From Desulfobacterales bacterium (lineage in GTDB: Bacteria; Desulfobacterota; Desulfobacteria; Desulfobacterales; JALSRD01), in assembly GCA_026984935.1 (NCBI GenBank), contig JALSRD010000035.1, forward strand, positions 32,000 through 95,999: a stretch of 64,000 nt of DNA. Direction: 5' to 3'. The notes below the pieces were generated by a model. The model was not told where the DNA came from. It did not search any database and saw only the letters and a program-made list of their open reading frames with translations. Positions within the stretch are counted from its first letter, which is position 1; each line of letters opens with the position of its first letter. Shown here piece by piece: positions 45,030 to 52,541 of the stretch. A program made the translations under genes and the position numbers.

Positions 45030-45929
45030 TCAGGCGGCCGGCAACTCCGCCCCGGCGAGAATGCGGCGCACTTCCCGTTTTTGATCCTCGGACAGGGGCA
45101 GCAGCGGCGGGCGCGGCAAGCCGCCGAAATACCCACACAAATCCAGGGCGTATTTCAGCCCCGCGATGCCGTAGGTAGCGGTCACGGCTGCGTTGACCGG
45201 CAGCATCTTGAGCTGCAGCCGGCGGGCTGCTTCCCACTGCTGGTTTTTCGCCGCCTGCCAAATGGCCACGCAGGCTTCGGGCGCCACATTGGCCAGCGCC
45301 AGAATGCCGCCCACGCACCCCAGGCTCAAGGCCCCCAGCAGGGCGCCGGCGGTTCCCACCAGCACGTAAAAATCCGGCGGCACGGCATTCAACAGGGCGC
45401 CCAACTGGGCCACGTTGCCGGTACTGTCCTTGATGCCGACGATGCGGGGATGCTGCGCCAGATGGGCCACGGTAGCCACGTCCAGGTTAATGCCGGTAAA
45501 TTTGGGGACGTTGTACAGCAGGATGGGAATCGGTGATGCGTCCGCCAGTGTCTCGTAGTGGTGAATCAGGGCCCGCGGGGTCATCCGGCTGCCGTAGTAG
45601 CAGGGCGTGACCACCAGGGCGGCATGGACGCCCAGGGCCGCGCAGTCCCGCGTCAGGCGGATCGTGGCGGCGGTGCTTTCGCATCCCGTCCCGGCCAGAA
45701 CCAGCCTGTTTTGCGGCGCCGCCTGCACCACCGTCTGGACGGCGCGGCGTTTTTCATCTTCAGACAGATAGACATATTCACCGTTGGACCCCAGCACGAG
45801 CACCCCGGCGATGCCGGTCGTACACCACTTGGCGACATTGGCGGCCATCTGGTCGACGGCCAGGCAGTCGTTTTCGAATACCGTGGGAATCGGCGGAAAG
45901 ATTCCGCTAAAATCGTATGCGTTTGCCAT
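45030..45929 (-). CDS. dihydrodipicolinate synthase/N-acetylneuraminate lyase (DapA) family aldolase
   Basis: GIFPPIPTVF… GVLVLGSNGEYVYLSEDEKRRAV… TPCYY… RIVGIKDSTGN (Schiff-base Lys). Substrate specificity cannot be inferred. Confidence 0.88.
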   Translation of the reverse strand: MANAYDFSGIFPPIPTVFENDCLAVDQMAANVAKWCTTGIAGVLVLGSNGEYVYLSEDEKRRAVQTVVQAAPQNRLVLAGTGCESTAATIRLTRDCAALGVHAALVVTPCYYGSRMTPRALIHHYETLADASPIPILLYNVPKFTGINLDVATVAHLAQHPRIVGIKDSTGNVAQLGALLNAVPPDFYVLVGTAGALLGALSLGCVGGILALANVAPEACVAIWQAAKNQQWEAARRLQLKMLPVNAAVTATYGIAGLKYALDLCGYFGGLPRPPLLPLSEDQKREVRRILAGAELPAA

Positions 45930-45987
45930 CGCAGCCCTTTCCGGTGGGAAGGTCCACATCGGCGGCCTGCCCGAACCCGCCATGATA

Positions 45988-46600
45988 ACTGCCCCAATTT
46001 GCCAGAACCGTCAAGTCCCGTTTTGCAATGCAGCCGCCGAATGCCATGCAGGCGCCTGGATCCAGCCTGTACCGCGCCCATTTGCCGCTGGAAATATCGG
46101 CTGCCACGGCTTTTGACCGGCCATAGGCCTCGACATGCACCCGGTTTCGGTTTATCGTATTGCGACGATGAATCGGTGGGAGGCCACAGGTTTTGCGGAC
46201 GATATACCGGATACGCATGAGCTCGCAGGGCTGTGCAAGGCGCCTCCAAGACCGTTTGGCAAGACGACCTCAGGCCCACAAATCCCTGATAACATCGTCC
46301 AGACCGCCCAAAGTTTCGAGAAATTCGCGGCGGGGCCGCCATGATTTCATATTCGGGCCGGTGGGTCTCGCCGACGGGCCAGTCTCCCTCGTTGACCGCA
46401 TACGTAGCGCCGCAACCGAGCGGACAGTTGGCGCAGGCATATTTCCCGATCTTGTACTTGGCGTCCATGGTGGGGCCATCCAGTCTCCGGATGGATTCTT
46501 TCCCGAAATCAATGACGCCGACGCCACCCCAGTTTTTCACTGGCGAATCGCCGCACAAGGCGAGGGGAACCGTCCCGGCCGTCGTGCCGGAGCACCTTTT
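45988..46600 (-). pseudogene. degenerate remnant of an aldehyde:ferredoxin oxidoreductase (AOR family) gene
   Basis: One frame (about 46340-46600) reads SPVKNWGGVGVIDFGKESIRRLDGPTMDAKYKIGKYACANCPLGCGATYAVNEGDWPVGETHRPEYE, i.e. the AOR CxxCxxxC 4Fe-4S region followed by PEYE. Another frame (about 45988-46065) reads LDPGACMAFGGCIAKRDLTVLANWG, like the AOR C-terminal D..G.C.F block. The N-terminal ~200 aa and most of the middle are missing, and frames are broken. Confidence 0.45.
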
Positions 46601-46708
46601 CCCGCGGAAGTCCTGAGATGCTGAAAAGAAGTCTGGCAGTTGAGCCGCTGATCGGTTACAGTGGGTGCCTGCATGAATGTTGGCGGTACTTGTTACCGGG
46701 GTGTACCC

Positions 46709-47884
46709 ATGGCCGTGCGGCATATTATTCACCTTGACATGGACGCCTTCTATCCGTCCGTGGAGATCCGCGATCATCCTGAGCTGGCGGGGCGGCCGGT
46801 CGTCGTGGGCGGGCTCAGTGACAGGGGAGTGGTTTCTTCAGCGTCATACGAGGCCAGAAAATTCGGTGTCCATGCGGCCCAACCCATGGTTACCGCCCGG
46901 CGGCTTTGCCCCGGCGGCATCTTCCTTGCGGTGCGGATGGACCGGTACCGGGAGATATCCAGGCAGGTCTTCCGGATATTCCATCGCTTCACGCCCCTGG
47001 TGGAAGCCCTGTCCATTGACGAAGCCTTTCTTGACGTGACGGACTCCACGCGCCTGTTCGGAGAACCGGCGGCCATGGCACGGCAGATCAAGGCCACGGT
47101 CCTGCACGAAACCGGGCTGACCGCATCGGCGGGAGTCGCCCCTTCCAAGTTTGTTGCCAAGATCGCCTCGGACATGCAAAAACCGGATGGACTGACAGTG
47201 ATCGGGCCGAACGAGGTGCAGGCTTTTCTCGAACCACTGCCCGTAGAAAAAATGTGGGGCGTCGGCAAGGCGACGCGTGCAACCCTGGGGCGGCTTGGCG
47301 TCCGGACCTTCGGAGACCTGAAACGCATCCCGATCGGAGAGCTTGAACGAAAATTGGGCCAACGGGGGGCCCAAATGCAGGCCCTGTCCCTGGGCCTGGA
47401 TGCAAGACCGGTGGAACCGGAACGTAAGGTGAAATCCGTGGGCCACGAGGAGACCTTCGAGCAGGACATCGAGAATGTGGCGGCGGCACGCAAAAAAATC
47501 CTGTCGCTTTGCACCCGCGTGGCCCGGCGCATGCGGCGTCACGAAATACGGGGGAAAACTCTCACGCTCAAGGTGAAATACAGCGACTTCAGGCAGATAA
47601 CAAGAGCGACGACAATGGCGCATGCCACGGACGACGCCGTTGAAATATTCTCCGCCGCTTGCCGTCTGCTCCGGAACACGGAGGCAGGCAAAAGGCCCAT
47701 CCGGCTCCTGGGGATATCCGTCTCCCGGCTTGAACTTCCAGGACAGGGAGAACAGCTTTGTCTTTTTGAACCGGAGCACAGTACCCGCAAAAGACGAAAC
47801 CTGAACCGGGCGCTCGATTCGGTTATCGAAAAACACGGGGAAAAGAGTGTGCTGCCCGGCTCGCTCCTGGAGCCGCGGCCATGA
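46709..47884 (+). CDS. dinB: DNA polymerase IV (Y-family translesion polymerase)
   Basis: IIHLDMDAFYPSVEIRDHPELAGRPVVVGG…SIDEAFLDVT…LTASAGVAPSKFVAKIASDMQKPDGLTVI…VEKMWGVGKAT are canonical DinB motifs. Confidence 0.95.
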   Translation: MAVRHIIHLDMDAFYPSVEIRDHPELAGRPVVVGGLSDRGVVSSASYEARKFGVHAAQPMVTARRLCPGGIFLAVRMDRYREISRQVFRIFHRFTPLVEALSIDEAFLDVTDSTRLFGEPAAMARQIKATVLHETGLTASAGVAPSKFVAKIASDMQKPDGLTVIGPNEVQAFLEPLPVEKMWGVGKATRATLGRLGVRTFGDLKRIPIGELERKLGQRGAQMQALSLGLDARPVEPERKVKSVGHEETFEQDIENVAAARKKILSLCTRVARRMRRHEIRGKTLTLKVKYSDFRQITRATTMAHATDDAVEIFSAACRLLRNTEAGKRPIRLLGISVSRLELPGQGEQLCLFEPEHSTRKRRNLNRALDSVIEKHGEKSVLPGSLLEPRP

Positions 47885-47954
47885 ACATGCCCCCGGTTTC
47901 TTTTTCGCATCATGGGATGGAGATTCTCCCGTGGAAAGGGGGCCGATTCGAGTG

Positions 47955-47981
47955 CCGGAACCTGATCGCATCAGGTTCCGG
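47955..47981 (+). terminator. perfect 12-bp hairpin downstream of dinB (probable terminator)
   Basis: ccggaacctgat-cgc-atcaggttccgg at 47955-47981 is followed by a weak T-rich stretch (cctttct). It lies 70 bp after the dinB stop, in a convergent intergenic region. Confidence 0.5.
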
Positions 47982-48011
47982 CGGCCTTTCTGCGTGCCAT
48001 ACTCGCTTTTC

Positions 48012-48047
48012 AAAAAAAAACCGGTGCTTACGACAGGCGACCGCCGG
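48012..48047 (-). terminator. possible mgtE terminator (short stem + U9 tract on - strand)
   Basis: The minus strand reads …gccggcggtcgcctgtcgtaagcaccgg-ttttttttt, about 50 nt after the mgtE stop. The U-tract is strong but the stem is weak. Confidence 0.35.
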
Positions 48048-48098
48048 CGATATAAATCATCCGGCAGCTTGCGCATACCAAAAGCGTTGCCGCCGCTG

Positions 48099-49478
48099 TC
48101 ACACCCCCAGCATGATCTTGGTGGTGGCAAAAAATATCAAAAGGCCGGTGATGTCCACGATAGTGGTCAGTGCCGGGCTGGCCACCACGGCGGGATCGAA
48201 CTTCAGTTTGGCGGCCCCCAGCGGCAGCAGGGCGCCGATCAGTGTGGAGGTCAGCACCTGCAGGCATAACGCCGTGGCAACTGCCAGGCCGATGAGGGTC
48301 GGAGAATGGGTCGGCCGTGTGACCGACCCCTCGTAAAACAGAAACACCCGGGCGAAGGCGAACAGGGCCAGCAGCAGGCCGAGCAAAAGGGCCACCTTGC
48401 TCTCCTTGACCAGCACGGTGAGCGTATCGCGCGGCGTGATCTCGTTGACGGCCAGGGCGCGCACCACCAGCGTGGCGGACTGGCTGCCCGTATTGCCGCC
48501 GGTGTCGGCCAGCATGGGCATGAAGGTGGCCAGCAGGGCGACCTGCAGCAACAGCCCCTCAAAATGCTGCACGATGTATCCGGATACCAGGCCCAAGAGC
48601 GCCAGGATCAGGATCCAGCCGCTGCGGTTTTTGAAATGCACCCAGGCCGAGGTATGCACATAAGAGGCCGCTTCATGGGAGCCGCTGATGGCCATCAGCT
48701 TTTCCATGTCCTCGGTATGCTCCTGGGAGAAAATATCGATGGCGTCATCGTAGGTGATGATCCCCACCAGCGTGTCATTGCCGTTGACCACCGGCAAGGC
48801 GATCAGGTCGTACTTCTGGATCTTGAGGGCAGCGTCTTCCTGGTCATCGGTGACATGCGCGGAAATCACGTCGCGGTGCATCATATCGTCTACTTTGGTT
48901 TTCGGCCATGCCAGGATCAGGTCTTTGAGCGAAATAAAGCCGATCAGCCGCCGCTGGTCATCGACCACGTAGGCGTAATAGATGGTCTCCTTGTCCGGCG
49001 CTTCGTGACGCAGCTTGGCGATGGCTTCCTCCGCTGTCAGGTGCGGAGACAAGGTTGCGTAGTCCGACGTCATCACCGCGCCGGCGGTGCCTTCGGGGTA
49101 GGACGAGAGTTTTCGGATATCTTCCCGTTCCGCCTGCGCAATGGCCGGCAGGAGCGCTTCACGCTGGTCTTCGGGAATCCGCTTGAGCAGGTCGACGCGA
49201 TCGTCCGGCGGCATGTCGGAAACCAGCGAGGCCAGTTCCCGGCGCCGCAGCAGGTGGGCCATCTCCACCTGTACGTCCACATCCAGGTGACTGAATATCT
49301 CGGCCCGCAGGTCTGGTTCGAGGTGCGAAAGGACCTGCCAGATCTCCGGAATTTCCAGGGCAGACAGCATCTCGGCAATCACACCGGGATGTGTGCTTCC
49401 ACAAAATTCCTTGAGCGCCTCAATGTTGTTTTCGGCGAGATGCTCCCGCAGTTCAGGGGCAACCAGGGGGTTTTTCAT
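48099..49478 (-). CDS. mgtE: magnesium transporter MgtE
   Basis: 459 aa. N-domain, tandem CBS (…VMTSDYATLSPHLTAEEAI…; …MMHRDVISAHVTDDQEDA…) and a 5-TM C-terminal domain with FMPMLADTGGNTGSQSATLVVRALA. Confidence 0.95.
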   Translation of the reverse strand: MKNPLVAPELREHLAENNIEALKEFCGSTHPGVIAEMLSALEIPEIWQVLSHLEPDLRAEIFSHLDVDVQVEMAHLLRRRELASLVSDMPPDDRVDLLKRIPEDQREALLPAIAQAEREDIRKLSSYPEGTAGAVMTSDYATLSPHLTAEEAIAKLRHEAPDKETIYYAYVVDDQRRLIGFISLKDLILAWPKTKVDDMMHRDVISAHVTDDQEDAALKIQKYDLIALPVVNGNDTLVGIITYDDAIDIFSQEHTEDMEKLMAISGSHEAASYVHTSAWVHFKNRSGWILILALLGLVSGYIVQHFEGLLLQVALLATFMPMLADTGGNTGSQSATLVVRALAVNEITPRDTLTVLVKESKVALLLGLLLALFAFARVFLFYEGSVTRPTHSPTLIGLAVATALCLQVLTSTLIGALLPLGAAKLKFDPAVVASPALTTIVDITGLLIFFATTKIMLGV

Positions 49479-49530
49479 GGTTCACCTCTCTCCAGCAGCC
49501 GCCGGTGGGAATAGCGGCTGGAGGTGAACC
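49479..49530 (-). promoter_or_regulatory. Shine-Dalgarno-sequestering hairpin immediately upstream of mgtE (expression platform of a long leader)
   Basis: The minus strand reads GGTTCACCTCCAGC-(loop)-GCTGGAGAGAGGTGAACC-ATG. This is a 14-bp stem with a 2-nt bulge, and its 3' arm contains the GGAGAGAGG RBS. Confidence 0.55.
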
Positions 49531-49955
49531 GGGGCTTCAGCTGGTCGAAAGCGGGTCCGGGTTCAGATCACATGCCGCAGAAACCACCACCGGCGAGCCG
49601 GGGTCCAGGGACTCTTCCTGGGAAACACGTTCTTTCCGTCGAGGGCAACGGCGTCTGTCACCTTCGGAATTACGCATGGGTTTCTCCGTACCTGTGTTGC
49701 AGCAAAGGCCGTGACAACCTCTCCACGTGCTGCTTTGCGTGTGGTGGAAAACTTAAGTCCCGTGTTAATTACCTGAGAGCGCGGTTTTCGTCAACAGCTA
49801 TTTCCGGCCGGCCGTACAGCGTTTTAAAAGGGCGCGCGTTTAAGCAAAGAGATACCGCGCCGGCTTGCTTTTTTGCAAGCGGGCCACTATAGTCAGACAA
49901 ACCAATATGTGCGCATTTGGCAAATACAGCTTTCTGTCGCCGTGAGGTAACGGCC

Positions 49956-51443
49956 ATGTCGTCTGAGAAAAACAACGCCTATGATATCTGCGTGATCGGG
50001 TGCGGCCCCGGAGGTTTTGCCGCTGCCATGCGCGCCTTTGACCTGGGGCAGAAGGTCTGCATCGTCGAAGGCGGCGAAATCGGCGGTGCCGGCGTCATGT
50101 GGGGTGCGCTGGCGTCCAAAACCATGTGGGAACTGGCCAAGGACTACGCCATTACCGCCCGTGTGGACCGCGGCTACCGGGCTTCCGGCCTGACCGTCGA
50201 CTACCGGGCCGTACGGCAGACGGTTTTCCAGGCCGTCCGGGAAAAACAGTACCAGATGCTCTCGCAAATCGAAACCTTTTCGCCGCAGCGCTGGCAGGGC
50301 CCGGGCAGCTTGACGCTCAAGCGCGGCCGCGCTGCATTCCTGTCGCCGCACACACTGTCCGTGCGCTATCCTGACGGGCGTCATGAGGAGATTTCAGCTG
50401 CCAGCATCATTATCGCCACCGGATCGCGTCCGCGCAAATTCCCGGGTGTGCCCGTCGACCGCGAACGCATATTCGACTCGGACAGCATTTTAAAATTGAA
50501 AACCTTTCCCCAGCGCCTGATTATCGTTGGCGCCGGCATTATCGGCTGTGAGTATGCGTCCATCTTCTCCAACTACGCCCAGACCAAGGTCTACCTGATC
50601 GACCATGCCGATCGCATCCTGCCCTTTGAGGATGACGACGTTTCCGAATTTGTCAGCGCCAACCTGAAAAAACGCGGTGTAGAGATCTTCCACTCGGCGA
50701 TCCTGCGCAGCATCGACAGCCGCACGGACCTGCTGGAGGCTGTTCTCGACTTCGAAGACGGTCACTCACAGGTGCTGAACGTGGATGCCGCCCTGATTGC
50801 CATCGGAAGACAGCCCAATCTGTCCGCTCTGAACCTGGAGGTCGCCGGCATTCAACCGGACGAACGCGGCTTTCTGGTGACCGATGCCCATTGCCGGGTA
50901 CGCGGCGACATCTACGCCGCCGGCGATGTGACGGCCCATCCGGCCCTGGTGAATATCGCCGAAACCGAGGGGCGCTATGCCGCCAAGGCAATCTGCCGCG
51001 CCAACCGCCATCCGCTGAATTACGGCAACATGTCCACGGTCATGTTCTTTTATCCGGCGGTGGCGGCCGTGGGGAAAAATGAAAAGATGTGCCGCAAGAA
51101 GAAAATTCCCTACCGCGTGGCATACTACTCCAACGCCCTGTTGAGCCGGGCGATTGCCATGCGCGCCATGAGCGGCTTTGTCAAGATCATCGTCAGTGAC
51201 GACGACCAGAACCGGATCCTGGGGATGCGCGCCGCCGGCCCCCAGGTGTCCAATACCATCATGTCCATCGCCATGCTCATGGACCAGGGGATGGGGATCC
51301 GGCACGTGCTCAAGACCGTGCATCCCCATCCGACCATGTCCGAGGGTATCCAGGAATGCCTGCGTCTTTTGCTGAACAAATCCATTTACAAGGACCACGC
51401 TTTCCCGGGGATCATCAACATGAGACGCTGGCATCCGGCGTGA
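49956..51443 (+). CDS. FAD/NAD(P)-dependent pyridine nucleotide-disulfide oxidoreductase family protein (Lpd/SthA-like) lacking the redox-active Cys pair
   Basis: DICVIGCGPGGFAAAMRA (FAD GxGxxG), IVGAGIIGCEYAS (NAD GxGxxG), AAGDV, and C-terminal HPHPTMSEG dimer-interface motif. The position of GGTCLNVGCIPSK reads GGAGVMWGALASK. Confidence 0.85.
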   Translation: MSSEKNNAYDICVIGCGPGGFAAAMRAFDLGQKVCIVEGGEIGGAGVMWGALASKTMWELAKDYAITARVDRGYRASGLTVDYRAVRQTVFQAVREKQYQMLSQIETFSPQRWQGPGSLTLKRGRAAFLSPHTLSVRYPDGRHEEISAASIIIATGSRPRKFPGVPVDRERIFDSDSILKLKTFPQRLIIVGAGIIGCEYASIFSNYAQTKVYLIDHADRILPFEDDDVSEFVSANLKKRGVEIFHSAILRSIDSRTDLLEAVLDFEDGHSQVLNVDAALIAIGRQPNLSALNLEVAGIQPDERGFLVTDAHCRVRGDIYAAGDVTAHPALVNIAETEGRYAAKAICRANRHPLNYGNMSTVMFFYPAVAAVGKNEKMCRKKKIPYRVAYYSNALLSRAIAMRAMSGFVKIIVSDDDQNRILGMRAAGPQVSNTIMSIAMLMDQGMGIRHVLKTVHPHPTMSEGIQECLRLLLNKSIYKDHAFPGIINMRRWHPA

Positions 51444-51600
51444 CGGCGCTTGACTTCGCTCCCCGGATCCCTTAGTGTTGGCCCTGGGCAGGCACACTGC
51501 TTTCATCGGCTGCCGCGCTGGCAGCCCTTTCCGTGAACCCCTGCATTCATACGGGCACGCATCACCGCGCCCGCGGCTTTTACGCCGAAAGGAGGGAACC

Positions 51601-51816
51601 ATGAGCAAAAGCGTTTACAAAATCATCGAACTGGTCGGCACAAGCCCCAATTCCTGGGACGAGGCGGCCCGCAATGCCGTCGAAACAGCCAGCCAGACGC
51701 TGAAAAACCTGCGGATAGCGGAAGTCTCGAAACTCGACATGAAAGTTGAAGACGGCAAGGTCGTTGCCTACCGGGCACGCGTAACCCTCTCCTTCAAGTA
51801 TGGTACCGAAGGTTAG
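51601..51816 (+). CDS. dodecin (small flavin-binding protein)
   Basis: MSKSVYKIIELVGTSPNSWDEAARNAVETASQTLKNLRIAEVSKLDMKVEDGKVVAYRARVTLSFKY is colinear with bacterial dodecins (VYKIvEl.G.S..s.eeA...Ai..A..tl..l.w.EV…). It has a GGAGGGA RBS. Confidence 0.9.
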   Translation: MSKSVYKIIELVGTSPNSWDEAARNAVETASQTLKNLRIAEVSKLDMKVEDGKVVAYRARVTLSFKYGTEG

Positions 51817-51842
51817 GCTTTTCCCGACCGGGACTTTTAAGG

Positions 51843-51881
51843 GGGGCTGTTTGCATCTGCAGACAGCCCCTGTCTTTTTTT
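51843..51881 (+). terminator. Rho-independent terminator after dodecin gene
   Basis: ggggctgt (51843-51850) pairs with acagcccc (51863-51870), with a 12-nt loop, followed by tgtcttttttt. Confidence 0.7.
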
Positions 51882-51894
51882 GACGGAGGGCCAC

Positions 51895-52131
51895 ATGCAA
51901 ACCGGTAATCAATCCGCGCAGGCCAGCTATCGAAAGGTCAATATTCACACCACTGCAGGGTCGAACATCAGCGGCAAGGTAAACATCGGGGCCGGCCAAC
52001 GCGTATCCGATCTTTTCATGGAAACCGGGCAGCCGTTTGTGGTGCTGGTGGACTTTGTTCACCGTGCAGGGTCCGGCAAAGTCCTGCTCGTCAGCAAGCG
52101 GCAGATCGTCTGGGTGGAACCGCTGGACTGA
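51895..52131 (+). CDS. small protein of unknown function (78 aa)
   Basis: ATG 51895 follows a GGAGGG RBS (51885-51890). GC3-rich codon usage. No family recognised. Confidence 0.5.
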   Translation: MQTGNQSAQASYRKVNIHTTAGSNISGKVNIGAGQRVSDLFMETGQPFVVLVDFVHRAGSGKVLLVSKRQIVWVEPLD

Positions 52132-52344
52132 ACGTCAGGGGCTTGTGTACGTCGGACGCCGCATTTTAAACGCTGCTGTATCCCGTGCGGTGGATTGCGA
52201 ACGTTCGGTACCGCTGCGCTTGCCTACCTTGCCGGTCAGACGCATCAACGCCATCCATCAACGCGCCGGCGGTTGGCGCAAACCCGGAGCATCCCGGCAA
52301 AGGCGCCACGGCAGCCTGTCTTTTCAGTGCACCGTTATTTTTGC

Positions 52345-52373
52345 TTGACCCTGCCGGGCGCCTTTTTTATATT
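52345..52373 (+). promoter_or_regulatory. sigma-70-type promoter of the peptide ABC operon
   Basis: TTGACC (52345-52350), a 17-nt spacer, then TATATT (52368-52373). It is followed at once by the palindrome TTTTTGC-A-GCAAAAA (52376-52390). Confidence 0.5.
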
Positions 52374-52541
52374 GCTTTTTGCAGCAAAAAAACCGTTGAC
52401 CCGCCGAAGCCCGCCTGTTCCAGCACACCCCGGCAAACGGGCCGGCAGACATTCCGAGCAAGCCCCATGGAACCGGCTGGACGCAACCCTTTCGCCGGCG
52501 GCACACCCACCGGCGGCCAACCCCTTTTACGGAGGTGTAAG

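Noticed and set aside
44991-45536. Possible selenocysteine (TGA) read-through extending the truncated aminotransferase into ORF 44997-45536
   Set aside because: The downstream frame shows no aminotransferase similarity and is simply antisense to the DapA-family gene. No SECIS-like hairpin follows the TGA. Truncation is the better explanation.
46685-46697. Imperfect palindrome GGTAC-TTG-TTACC just upstream of dinB as a LexA/SOS box
   Set aside because: It does not fit the LexA motifs I know for deltaproteobacteria (GGTT-N2-C-N4-G-N3-ACC; CTRHAMRYBYGTTCAGS; TTAC-N3-GTAA) or the cyanobacterial RGTAC-N3-DGTWCB. It might be a lineage-specific box, but that is unsupported.
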